A stretch of DNA of 64,000 nucleotides from Marsupella aquatica (Eukaryota; Plantae; Marchantiophyta), in assembly GCA_973895155.1 (NCBI GenBank), contig OZ316891.1:14849037-14913036 (forward strand). Direction: 5' to 3'. Positions within the stretch are counted from its first letter, which is position 1; the number at the start of each line of letters is the position of its first letter. The translations under genes and the position numbers were made by a program. Shown here piece after piece: positions 25,070 to 38,200 of the stretch. The notes under the pieces were generated by a model. It was not told the origin of the DNA, did no database searches, and saw only the letters and a list, made by a program, of their open reading frames with translations.

Positions 25070-27500
25070 CTTTGGAGTGATTTTCCAGAAGTGTCATCAT
25101 ATATGGATGCGCGCATACTATCGTATCCATGGGGCAAATGAAACCTTTTTGTCTCTCCAAGAAGTAGGGCAATACCAATGGAAGGTTGTCATGATTTGTT
25201 GTAATTGTGTCATGTTTGTGCCGGTGTTTGGACGGGGAATATTTTAATTTGCAAATAAATGCATGCATACCATCACATCCAAAGGCAAATAAAAGTTGTT
25301 TTTTGGTTCTCCAAGAGGTGGTGCTGCCCCAATGGAATGGGCAGGGGAGTCATGCTTCTCAGTATGGTGTGGGTGCAGGTTTAGGGAAGAGGAATATTCC
25401 AACCTTGCAAGGAATCTAAAGCTAGCTCTCTTTGGAGGTACTAGGGCCTTTATTGGGTCATATGTGAGCAATGGCCCGTCATAAATGCCAATGACTAAAA
25501 GTAGGGTCATTAAAATTGTCATATGGAGAGTCATATCAGTCTAATGACTGGATTTGTGGTCATTTGAGGGGTCCCTTATGTAGTCATTAAGGAAAAGCAC
25601 AAATGACCATTTTGGGGCTAGGGGCTTGAGGTGGGCCCTAGAGTGCCATGGGCCCCACATAGAGGTGAGAACCCCTCCACTAGGTGCGGGACACTATACT
25701 CATCATTGTCCAACCACTAGTTGCGACATAAACACTTTGGGCACATGTTTTTGTGTTTCCTTAAGGCATGATGCACCTTTGGGGAAATCACTCCCAAGTC
25801 GTACGACTTTGGAGTGATTTGCCAAAAGTGCAACCATGGATGTATACCATCACATCCAAAGGCAAATAAAACCTGTTTTTTGGTTCTCCAAGAGGTAGTG
25901 CTGCACGAATGGAATGGGCAGGGGAGTCGTGCTTCTTAGCATGGTGTGGCTGCGGGATTAGGGTTTGGGAATATTCCAACCTTGCAAGGAATCTAAAGCT
26001 GGCTCTCTTTGGAGGTACTAGGGCCTTTATTGGGTCATATGTGAGCAATGGCCCGTCATAAATGCCAATTACTACAAGAAAGGTCATTAAAATGGTCACA
26101 TTGGATGTCATATAAGCGAAATGACCTAAATTATTGTCATTTGAGGGGTCCCTCATGCAGTCATTAAGGAAAAGCACAAATGACCATTTTGGGGCTAGGG
26201 GCTGGAGGTGCGCCCTAGAGTGCCATGGGGCCCCACATAGAGGTGAGAACCCCTCCACGAGGTGCGGGACACTATACTCATCATTGTCCAACCACTAGTT
26301 GCGACATAAACACTTTGGACACATGTTTTTGTGTTTCCTTAAGGCATGATGCACCTTTGGGGAAATCACTCCCAAGTCGTACGACTTTGGAGTGATTTGC
26401 CAAAAGTGTTGCCATGCATGCACACCATCACATACAAAGGCAAATAAAAGTTGTTTTTGGGTTCTCCAAGAGGTGGTGTTGCACCAATGGAATGGGCAGG
26501 GGAGTCGTGCTTCCCTGTATGGTGTGGGTGTGGGTTTAGGGAAGAGGAATATTCCAACCTTGCAAGGAATCTAAAGCGGGCTCTCTTTGGAGGTACTAGG
26601 GCCTTTATTGGGTCATATGTGAGCAATGGACCGTCATAAATATCAATGACTAAAAGCAAGGTCATTAAAACTGTCATATGGAGAGTCATATCAGTCTAAT
26701 GACTGGATTTGTGGTCATTTGAGGGGTCCCTTATGCAGTCATTAAGGAAAAGCACAAATGACCAGTTTGGGGCTAGGGGCTGGAGGTGGGCCCTAGAGTG
26801 CCATGTGGCCCCACATAGAGGTGAGAACCCCTCCACTACGTGCGGGACACTATACTCATCATTGTCCAACCACTAGTTGCGACATAAACACCTTGGACAC
26901 ATGTTTTTGCGTTTACTTAAGGCATGATGCACCTTTGGGGAAATCACTCCCAAGTCGTATGACTTTGGAGTGATTTGCCAAAAGTGTCACCATGGATGCA
27001 TACCACTGTTCCAAACGCAAATGAAGCCCTTTTTTGTCTCTCCAAGAGGTAGCGCAACACCAATGGAATGGGTGTGGCAGTGGTGCTTCCCTCTATGATG
27101 TGTCTGATGTTTAAAGGTATACGATTATTCCATTTTTGCAAGGAATGTAGAGCGGGCTCTCTCTGGCGGTACTAGGACCTTCTTTGGGTCATTTTTTAAC
27201 AAAGTCATGTCATAAGTGCCAATGACCACAAGTAGGGTCATTGAATTGGTCATATGGGATGTCATATAATTCAAATGACTGGACTTGTTGTCATTTGAGG
27301 GGTCTCTAGTGCAGTCATTGAAGACAAGCATGAATGACCAATTTGGAGCTAAGGGCTGGAGGTGGGCCCTAGAGTGCCATGTGGCACCACATAGAGCTCG
27401 CAACCCCTTCACTAGGTGTCAAATACTATAATTACTATTCTCCAACCACTAGTTGCACCATTAGCAGTTTGGAGCCATGTTTTTGTGTTTACTTAAGGGA
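25070..27500. repeat. ~578-bp tandem array (~4 copies) inside the CACTA element
   Basis: The marker CCAACCACTAGTTGC recurs at ~25710, 26288, 26866 and 27442. ATATTCCAACCTTGCAAGGAATCTAAAG recurs with the same period. The many short ORFs here are repeat artefacts. Confidence 0.9.
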
Positions 27501-28017
27501 TGATATAATCTTTATATGCAGTTTGATGAACTCCTCATGTATACACACTCTACGACAGTGCATTGCGGATTGAGGCAATTAATTTTGAGAAATCAACTTT
27601 ATTATCTTTTCCAGGGTAGGATTCCGATTTTCAAGCATGTGCTTTGAGTGTGACTTTCCTCCATATTGATGTCTAAACTTCACTTGTAAATTTGTCACTG
27701 GTGTCACAAACGTTACTTATTCCAGACCTGTCTGCTCACATTCCTAATAGGCAAACAAATACTGGAAATGATGAAGGCACAGAGATTTACGTTCATAGTA
27801 TCATTCTGATGACACTGTATGTGATGCTCTATTTGTATGCAAGAAGGAGAAGGTGCCCTACTACAGTGGATTTGAGAAACTGGGCTCTATGGGTTTGAGC
27901 AATTGGACTGTGGTTGGCATCGGTTGTACAACTGTGACGGTAGGCCCAATTTTGTATGCATGTCACTCTGATTCAGTTTGAAAATCATAGTTTGAATACA
28001 ATTTCAATCAAGCTAGC

Positions 28018-31000
28018 ATGGCACAATTGCCACAGAATACGTTAGGTGTGGGTAGAACTCCAAAGTTGCCGCTCTTCCATCCAGCTAGAGTACAACATCG
28101 TGATGATGCTTTGTGGGTTCGAGAACAGAAGGCCTGCCACAAGAGTGGGGACCATAAGATGTACTGCCCTTGTGTGAACTGCAAAGGGAATTATAGGACT
28201 AATCGGAATACTGCTAGACTGCACCTTATTAAACATGGTCGGTACCCTGCATGTCGAGTGTGGGTGGGAGAGGGACAGGACTCTTCTGATGAAGAGTGGG
28301 GTGCTGACTACATGTCACAACATGGCCCTGAGGCATTGAGGGTAGCAAACCTTCAGCAGGCAACCTGTGCACAACAGCCAACTGTAGATGTTGAAGAACA
28401 TTTATTTGTAGATGTTCCAGAGTATCCAACTGTGGATGTTCCAGAGTATCCAACTGTGGATGTTCAAGAACATCCAACTATAGATGTCGAAGAACATATC
28501 AGGGCTCTACTGGAAGAAACGTTGCTGAGAACCAGTGAAGAATCCCCTGAGCATGAGCTAGATGATCAGGACCGTTTTGACTTGGATTTTGTACTTGGGG
28601 ATGATGAGAGTGAAGGAGGTGCCCATCCTGTAAACCCCCTTGAAACCTCCAAAACTCCTGTGGAGACTGATCCTGCACAGTTATCTTTAGATGCAGCAAT
28701 GCAACCTTTGTTCCCAGGCAGCAAAATAGATGTTGTGTCATTCATGTTGCTTCTGCTGAACATCTGTCATGGCCATGGATTCTCAAACAAAGGAGTGAAT
28801 GCATTGTTGTCTTTGATGGGGGAGCATGGTATGCCTACAGAGCATAATCTGCCCAAGAACTTATATGCTGCAAAGCAGCTATTGAGAAAGCTTGGCTTGG
28901 ATTATGAGAGAATCCCTGTCTTTGAGAAAGGTTGTATGCTCTTTAGGGGTGAGAATGCCAAGTTAGAAAACTGTTCAGTGTGTCAGCAGCCCAAGATGAA
29001 GAGAGTGGGGAATTCATTACAGGCAAGGAAGGTAGTGCGGTATTTCCCTATAATTCCCAGGTTGAAGAGATTGTATGCCAATGCTGGTACATCTAAACTC
29101 ATGACTTGGCATCATGAGAATAGAAGCACAGACAACATGGTTCGGCACGCAGCAGATTCAAAGGCTTGGAAGCATGTGGATACAAATATTGATCGGGAAT
29201 TTGCAGCTGAACCAAGGAATGTGCGATTTGGGTTGGCACTTGATGGGGTGAATCCCTTTGGGAATAATTCCACAGCTTGGTCTACCTGGCCAATACTGTT
29301 GTTGAATTACAATTTACCTCCTTGGCTTACCACCAAGAAGTTCTTTGTCATGCTAGCTATGCTGATTCCAGGACCTGATTCAGTAACAGAGGAACAGCTA
29401 GACATAATATTGGGCCCATTCTATGAGGAGTTGGAGCTGTTGTGGAAGAAAGGAGTGCCCTGCTTTGACAAATTGCCACGCCCAGGATTGTCTCAACACT
29501 TCAACCTTAGGGCTGTGCTATTGTGGACAATCAATGATTACCCTGCATATGGTTTAATATCTGGACAACAACACTCTGGATACAAAGGATGTGTCATCTG
29601 TGGGCCAGAATGTGTGGCACGTGGTTCTAAGCACTTGCAGAAATTAGAGTACAGTGGCCACCGTCGATGGTTAGCAGCAAGGCATCTTTTTCGTAGACCA
29701 GATAGTGCACAATACTTTGATGGTGCAATTGAGAGTCAACCTGCACCGTGTAGAATGACAAGCTCTGATAGAAAGAAGTGGGGAGACGAGACAACAGAAT
29801 ATTTGAAGAAGGGAGGAACCAAGGTTGAGGATGAGAAATGCCCCATAAAGGTGCATGGAGTGAAGAGGGCTACTGGTCTGTACAAGTTGCCCTATTGGAA
29901 TGTAAGACTCCATACTACTACAATGAATTTCTGCAATCTCTTCATATGACTTTGAAATATATTCTCTTCATATACTTCCTGTAGCCCAGATTTTGTAATT
30001 GTTGTATTCAATGCACTAATTTCTGAATTGTGTCCACTGCACAAACTACTGCCCAGTGATGCCAAAAGTTGTATTCAATGCCCTAATTTCTGAATTGTGT
30101 GTCCATTGCAGAAACTACTCATTAACCATTGTCTAGATCCCATGCACTGTGAGAAGAATCTTGCACACAACATTGTGCACACTATCATTGGGACCAAGGA
30201 CACTCCTTCTGTGAGAGAAGACATGAAGCTCTTACAGGTGCGCCAACACCTATGGCTTGTACCCAATCCAGCTCCCAAGCGTAAGGATGACAAATTGTTG
30301 ATGCCCCCAGCCCCATATTGCCTGAGCAAGAAGGAAAGAACAAGGTTCTTGGAGGTTTTATTGACCTTGAAAGGGCCCACTGGTTTTTCAAGTTCTTTGG
30401 CAAAGTGTGTTACAAAATCCAAGAAACTCTCTGGGTTGAAATCACATGATTTCCACCAACTCATGCAACAAATTCTCCCTCTGGCAACAATGGGATTACT
30501 TGATGAAGGGGTTCGCTTGGCCATAGCTGGGGTGAGCAATATCTATCGCCAGATCTGTACGAAGGTGTGGGACCCTTCAATGTATGAGAATTTGATGATG
30601 GATGTTGCATTCACTCTCTGCATTTTGGAAATCCATTTTCCACCAAGCTTCTTTGATGTCATGACCCATTTAATGATTCACCTAGTGGAGGAATTAGACT
30701 TGTGTGGCCCAGTTACAGGCAGATGGATGTACCCAATAGAGAGGAACCTGAAGGTATTGAAGGGTTATGTACGAAACAAGGCACGTCCAGAGGCTTCTAT
30801 GGCTGAAGGCTATGTATTAGATGAGTCTTTGGGATTTCTTTCTGAATACATGATTGATGCAAAGGGAGAGGGAAAACGAACCTGGGAGTTGGAGGAGGAT
30901 GCTGGCGTTGCAGGCATTGTTTTGGAAGGGGCTGCAAAGGCGATAACTTTGGATTGGTCTGAAATGATGGCCATGCATCATTATATATTAGAGAATGAAG

Positions 31001-32011
31001 AGACAGTGGCTCCATGGTACAGGTACATAAACCCTAGAAACTCTCCTATCCTTAGGCATATGGATCATAATTATGTTGCCCCATTGTGTTTGTATATTCA
31101 TGGTGGATCGTGCACTAATGTCTTCAGTGTTGTTGTTGCCATGCAGGATATATGATGCTACCAATGAGACTGTTACCAAACGAAGAGTGGATTTCCGGAA
31201 GGAGTGGATGAGGAAGCCTGCCAATCGAAGAAAACCAGTGGAATTTCCCGTAGACTGCCAAGAATTGCCATCTTTCAGGGAATGGTTTCAAACATTAGTC
31301 AATACCCATAATTTTGAGAAAGAGTCTGAGCGGTCATTACTATCTGCATACTCCACACCACCTAGTTTGAAGGCACGACTGTATAGGGCATGTAGAGCCT
31401 ATGGGCACCATTGGAGGACTATTCCATCCTTGGGGTGTTTGAGTGATTGTGATTCTGGTGCTTTCAGCACTTTTGATTCTGGGATGGCTTCTACATTCAC
31501 TGAGAAGCGAGTGGACAGGTCTGGTGCAACCATAGAAGAATCTGTACAGTATGTAGGGGCCTTGACAGATATCTTGGTACTGAATTATGGCAGCTTGAGG
31601 AAAGAGGTGATTCTTTTCAAAGGGAAATGGGCAGATCCATCATGGACTCCTAAATCCTCAGCCAGTATGAGGTATACCAAGTCTGGTCTTTGGCAGGTGA
31701 ATTTCCATAGAGAACTGGGTGTGTCCAAGAAAATGGATTACGTTTTCCCAAAGCAAGTGGAGCAGGTTTTCTTCCACCCCAATGAGAAGGGGATAGCATG
31801 GAGAACAATCCTCCACAAAGAATCCAGGTCCACAAGGGTGTTAAGTGATTACACAGACGTTGATTTCCATGCTACAATGGAAAACAATGCCAAATTACAC
31901 ATCGAATTGGCTAAGGCCTGTAGGTCCAGAGAAAATCCAGGACCAAGTACTGGTCCCAAACGAGGCAGAGATGCAGAGGGATCTGCAAGAAAGGGCAGGC
32001 CTAAGCAGTGA
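28018..32011 (+). CDS. CACTA TnpD-like transposase, 3 exons: 28018-29901, 30112-31022, 31147-32011 (~1219 aa)
   Basis: N-terminal CPCVNC, Transposase_21-type core (RHAADSKAW, RNVRFGLALDGVNPF, WTINDYPAY), LDPMHCEKN, GLKSHDFH, DUF4218-like FPPSFFDVMTHL..WMYPIER, and DUF4216-like LFKGKW...YVFPKQVEQVFF. GT-AG introns keep frame, and no stops remain after splicing. Confidence 0.9.
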
Positions 32012-32439
32012 ATAGGTTTTAGCTAGGTGTGTGAAGTCCATAGATGGACTACATGTATGGACTATTTATGAAATCAGACTAATGGTTTACCCATTTGTGC
32101 AGTTGGTGAATGCAGCCTGTGAAAGGAAGATTGCAAGGGTTGTCACATTCTGTGAATCCTTATGAGGAGGCCCGAAATCGGAACATAGAGCATAATGTCA
32201 GAATTATGCGTGATCTAGGACTGGGGCCAGACTGCAAGCTGATGTGTGTGTTGATATGTCTATTGCAAATTTGATTCAGTAGATGGAGTTGTCAGGTTCA
32301 TGTTCTGTTTTCATATTCCAGATTGGTCTCATACTAGTATGGATCCTGTACATAAGTACTAGTGTTACGGTGTTGTAGATTCATTTTGCCTGTATGTTTG
32401 ATCTGCATTGGTGTATGTTGATGATTGCTTTGTTCCTTA

Positions 32440-35277
32440 GAGGCCCAACCACACATGTACAACGAGAGAGAGGAAAGCCTGCTTTGGTGAAAGGTACTTC
32501 AACTGAAACATTGCCAAAGAGGAGGAGCTCTAGACTATCAGAAGTTACCAAGGTGAACATGGCAGAGTTTGGTGATGATGGCTATGGTTCTCCTTCTGAG
32601 TATGACACTGAGGATTCTGACATTGGAGGGTCAGAACCAGAGAGTGCACAACAAGTAATGCTTGAACTTCATCATCCTAATAGGAAGGGATCCTTGTCCC
32701 TTTTTCAAATTATATGTTGATATGCTTACGTTGTCCATGATGTAGGTACAGAAACAAAATCGTGGTCCTAAGAAGACTGGGCCTGGTGGAGGTGGGCTAG
32801 TGAGATGTTGGAAAGACCCAGACACTGGACTCTTATATGAAAGTGAGTGGATTGTACTGTTCTACTTTTCAGGTGTGTTTGGAAGTTGATATTCTACTTG
32901 GAAATGAAATTAATTGAAGTGCTTTGGTGTTGTGTGTTTGTTTAGTGGTTCCATCAGCATCTGAAGGCAGATCAGGTCAATCTGATGTACTACATTCCAG
33001 AGGATCTTCAGGTAATACACAATCTGCTCGTCATGCATATGCAAGTACATTTGCTCAACTTTTCAATCATGTACATATTTTTTGATTGAATGCATGTGTG
33101 TGCATTGCAGGAGGGGCCTCTGAGATGCGCAGGGAACGAAGGCATGCTAAGAAGCAGTTTGATAATACTGCCAAACAACGAAGGGATTGCGGAGAGGTGC
33201 CCAAACACATTAAAGTGAGTATTGTACTTGTTTGTAGATTTAGACAAATCTGATCCTCTCTGTTGTTGTGTGTATAAAACCTGGACTCTGCATAAATTCC
33301 AGAGTTATGATCTGACATTGTCTGTGAAATGCAGATTTATGACAATGATATTGATGATTCTGATGACAACAAACAATACTGGCTGGAGGAACTTCGTGGC
33401 AACGTACTCAGAGTCTTTGATGTATCAAAGCCAAAATGGACTGATCATCCACAAGTTCATACAACCACAGTGTGGAATAACATGGCAGCTGAGTGGGAGT
33501 ATGTGGGTGGGGAATTTATTAACACCAAATTCCAGAGTCATTGTCGTGGCATATTGAAGAGAGAGCGCCATAAAATGCATGTTTATTGGAAGAAAGTTTG
33601 CAATGAGGATCCAACCAAACCTGGGCCATCTGGTGTTGATCCAAAGAAATGGGCAGCTTTGGTATCTCATTTTACCAGTCCAGCATTGATATCTTTGAGT
33701 AAACAGATGACTGATAAAAGAGCACGAGTGCAAGATACCTCTCACTTTGGAAGGGGAGGGCATGCTGCAGCAGCAAAGAGAATGGTAAATTGTCTATCAT
33801 TTTCACTATCAATTCTGTCTTGTTTGTGAATCTTGATGAAAACAAACTCTGTGATTTCTCATTCATTGTGTGTTTGAACAGAAGCAGAAGAGAGGATGAA
33901 GCCCAGGTATATCTGACCTGAAAGAAAACCATGGTAGTCAGGGTTCATTGCCAAAGGTGACAATGAGCCCATCATTGGCAAGTGCAGAAGGTCAGACTGG
34001 TAGTTTTGTGGGAGCAAAGGTGAGCCCATCATTGGCAAGTGGGGAGGGTAAAAGTGCTAGCTTACTGGGGCAAGGAAACAGACATGGATCAGCTGTGAGT
34101 ATTGTCATACCAATTTGATTTGTACATCATTCTCCATTTGACAGAGCCAGTGTTGTGTCGTTTGTAAGTTTGACAGTGAGACTGTTGTGTTGGTTTGTGG
34201 TTCATTTACAGACCCCACATTCAAAAGAAGAGATCATTGCCATTGGGGCTGTGAAATTGGATGTCGCTGAGTTGAAAGGCACTGTGAGGGAGTTGACAAA
34301 CATGATGACTACGTGGATGGCACATCACCCCAGTAATGCACAAGTTCCAACAGTTGTGCCTAGTCACAGTAAGTTGACTACAACTACCAAACAAGGTAGT
34401 AGAAAGCGATCTCTTACTTTTTCAGGCGATAATGAAGGTAAAATTCTCTATCATGTATACACTGTCCATTCAATGTAATTATTGTGATGTGTATATGTCA
34501 TTGCATGTTTATAATGTTCTTGCATGTTTTTAGTGTGATTATATGTTGCTGGTGTATACATGTTTGTTTATGCATTTCTTTTGTGTGTGTTTTATGACAG
34601 CATCTTTAGGGGAGCCTCCTGTGTCGCAGGGAAGACCAACTGACATAGCTAACAGTACTCTAAAGCAAACTGAATTGGAAGTGAACCTTTTGCCATCTAA
34701 GTTGCCCAAAGAAGCCATTTCAGATGCCTTTCAGTTGCCAGAGGATAAGTAGACTCAGTTGACACCAGATGTAACCCCAGAATCATCTGAGTTGCCAAAA
34801 GAAACTCCCATTCCAAGTGAACAGGATGACACTCCATCAACTAGAAAGGGAAAGAAGAAAAGGAAGAAAGGATCCTCAGCAAATGCATCACCTGCACAGA
34901 AGAAACCAATGCAGTCTCCTAACCCCGTTGCAAAGGTAAATGTGTGTTTGATTTGAGTGTTCTTCTATCTTTCAATTTCTGTTTATTGCATTTTTAACAA
35001 AATGTGTTGTTCACAGTTTGCAAGAGGAGATTTGGTGAAGATGAAGAGCGTTGTGGACAATTCCATGATAGTGGCAGAAGGTGAGGTGACAGGGCTGCCA
35101 GGAGAAGATAAGTTTCATTGTGCAGATTTTGAAAGCCCTTTCTTGCGAGTGCGTGTGATTGAAGTGTTTGTAGATGTGGCATTGCCATTTGCCAATTCAG
35201 GGGAGAACCAGTCTAAATTATCTGATGTGAAAGGGATGAATGCCCTATGGAACTCTAGATTGCTTAAGAAGCAATAG
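32440..35277 (+). pseudogene. CACTA TnpA-like multi-exon gene, probably disrupted; exon structure only partly resolved
   Basis: Exon 33334-33784 encodes Ptta/En-Spm-like PSGVDPKKWAALVSHF...KRARVQDTSHFGRGGH. The last exon 35017-35277 encodes VAEGEVTG...FH...LRVRVIEVFVDVALP. Apparent in-frame stops are TGA 33897-33899 and TAG 34750-34752. Confidence 0.65.
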
Positions 35278-38200
35278 AAATAGCACTCTATCAAGAAACA
35301 ATAGACATGATAGAATGACAACTCTGTTTTTCTATAAACATGCAGAGTGATTGGTATGTCAGGTTGTAACAATTGACAATCTAATATTATTGATGTCAAT
35401 GTAATTTTGTTTCATAAATTTGCATTGAGTTCAATATTTACCGTGAGACTTATGAAGGTATCTTGTATGAATATCAATTGGATTTGTGATATATATCGAA
35501 TGTTTCTTTAAGTTTTCATTTAGCAACTCTATTGAATGGCTTTGTAATATATGATTTTTGATTGACATCAAGTTTTATCTATCATGATCACTTAAATTTG
35601 AATTTCTCCAAATCATTGAATACTTCGTCTGAATGACTGGCTTGAATGACTAAATGACTGGCTAGAATGACTGATGTAATGGTCATTATTCACAACTATC
35701 TTTGTGACCAATATGACTCAACTCTGGTCATTAAAGACATAGACTAAATGATTCAAAGAATGACATATACAATGACCTTTCTCATGGTCATTATAAACAA
35801 GTCCACTATGACTCACTTTATGTCATTCAAGACATGTCATTAATGACTAATGTGTATCTTTACGTGTCTTCTCCCAATTGAACCACGTGTCTCAATATGA
35901 CTTGTTTATACTATAGTCATTTTGGACACGTCCAAAATGACCCAAATATATTGCCAAATGGTGAATCCTCTTTGAACCACGTGTCACTATTTGATTTGTT
36001 ATATAATGTACGTCATTTTGGACTTGTCCAAAATGACCAATGTTATTTGTTTTTTTATTGCCACGTGTCGTTGTGTGATTGGGTACGGGGACCATCGACG
36101 GTCAACGGCAATTGACCGTCGATGGTGATTTGTGTCGTCATTTTGGACCGTTCAACATTTATGACCATATCATAAAAATGGTCATTTAGGATAGTATGAA
36201 ATGACCACATGTTTTTAGCGTCATTTGTCCAAAAGGACCGTGACCAAAATGTCCGTTGTGACGTGTCTGGAAAGACGAGAACAATTGCATCATTGTTTTG
36301 TCAAAAAGACCTGATTAATAGTCATTGTTTCGGTCATAAAATACATTGTTTTCTACTAGTGCTTCCTTCTCATGATTAGGTGGGGCCATGAGACATCCCA
36401 ACAGGCAGAGAGCACTAATCGAGCACTGAAGGCTGAGCGACAAGAAGTTGCATTCAAACAATCAAATCTGATTTGGGATTACATGATGAAACACTACTAT
36501 GAGAAGAGGGTGCCAGCAGAGTCCTTAGGTACACCATTTCCTCCAAATATCATGGCCATATTGAGGGACCAACATGAGACAGCTCTTCAACTTGTTGCAG
36601 ATCCATCTAGCCCTACGAAGGTCAGAATTACTGATTCAAGTGGAAGACATTTTCTGGTCACTTTGGAGCCATTGAAAGAATGTTCTTGTGGTGATTGGCG
36701 GGATGTTGGTATTCCATGCACTCATGCTTGGAGAACTATAACTAGATTGCATCTTTGCCATTACAATTTTGTTTCACACTTTTATTCCGTAGAGTCTTTC
36801 AAACAGACGTATAGTGGTAGTATTCCTGATACTTTGAAAGATGATCTACAGCCAGATTCATGGTGTGGTCCACCGTCCCACAGAGAAACCTAGGCTGAGG
36901 TTCCCGGACGAGGATGGAGTGAGATGGAGTGAGGTCACGATGCAGGCTACATGCACCTCTTGCTTCCTTGAAAGTTTGTATTCATTTAAGTGAAGGAATG
37001 GTTTGCAGTTTGCCGGTCAGATTTGGCTGTACTTCATTACTAGACGAATATAGCTTGTGGACTCCCTTAAGTACCAAGTTCCTTTGTAACAATTGAATAT
37101 AATGTATGTACTGCGAGTATGAACTAAACCAGAATGCTAAAGATGACAAGCATGAGAGACGGTTGACATTTCACACTGCAATATATAGAGGCCAGTGCCA
37201 TTTAGGCTATCCACGATCAGACATATATACAATGAGTAATAGTGCTTATATTTAGACAAGTTCAAAAACATATTGGGACACGAATCCGTGATCGTGTCAC
37301 TAAGTGAAGCTAAGCAGTAAAAGAGACACTGCACTAGACAGTATCGTAAGTCTCCTTCAAGCCAGAGAAGCCACTCTAATACCAAAAATCTGGCTGAAGT
37401 CTATAAGGACAACTTAGGTACTGACAAGTTTTTCTGATAGCTAAACTGCAGATCCTCAAAAGTGAAGTCCCTGGCTGGAAGACTACTTATCATACACCTT
37501 AAAGCTCCCTGGCTGCTCATGGAAATAATGCACACCTACTAGATTGGAAATTGTAAGTTTCCAATCATCAACATTATGAGGCAGTCACTTGTAAGTGCCA
37601 TCGACAACAAATCTTTTCTTGCCAACAATAGTCTCCAAATAGAACAACTCTGTTATGAGGAGACAGTCAGCCTCCTCTTGAAAACAGTAGCAAAGGTCTC
37701 CATCTCAAAATGCCTTCCCTTCCGGTGCAATCTCCTTCGGATTCCCAATTTGGATTTTCTGCTGTTGACCGATTTGACAATCATCAAATCGGAAAACATA
37801 TGTCCTCCCAATGTTGTCACTGTCCTTCACTGCCCAAAACTCAAATGGAGTAGGGTGTACCCAGGCCCTGTTCATGTCCGATTGGCCTCTACAAGCTTCC
37901 ATTTCCACATTGGATTGGCAATAAATGTGTGATACTCTTGTATGTACTCTGCCATAGCTAGAGAAGTGAAACAAGAGGATTCAACAAAATTGGACATTGG
38001 AACTCTGAAAAGGAACCATACAAAAAACATTAGGGGTCCAACAATTATGACATTTCACACTGCAAGATGCAGAGAGTGCACGTCTTGCAGAATTAATGTG
38101 TCATCGATCATCAATCAAATTGATTTAACTCAAGTTGGGCGTAGCTAGAATACCTATCCCACAAAGGCCTGAAAGCAGGCTCAATCCGTTTTTGCAATGA

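Larger units (their letters stand above)
24084..36361 (+). mobile_element. CACTA (En/Spm) DNA transposon, 12278 bp
   Basis: Ends CACTAGAAGAAAACA... and ...TGTTTTCTACTAGTG (15-bp TIR, 1 mismatch). 3-bp TSD CTT at 24081-24083 and 36362-36364. ATGAC/GTCAT-rich subterminal regions. Carries TnpD- and TnpA-like genes. Confidence 0.97.
22861..36893 (+). pseudogene. MURA-like (MULE/SWIM) transposase: exon ~22861-23992 (frameshift ~23670), intron 23993-36379 holding the CACTA, exon 36380-36893
   Basis: CRPLIALDGTHTKSAYPQTLLVAIVLDANN; second frame TTVFISDREKGL...HAFCTWHLGKNL. Splicing AG|GT...AG|G joins YPR to WGHETSQQAES (catalytic Glu region). SWIM finger CSCGDWRDVGIPCTH. The frameshift lies in a T-run at ~23670. 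Confidence 0.88.

Noticed and set aside
25244-27412. Repeated ORFs (e.g. YDGPLLTYDPIKALVPPKRA) of 60-170 aa
   Set aside because: They arise from the 578-bp tandem array. Frames and stops differ between copies and no domain is recognisable.
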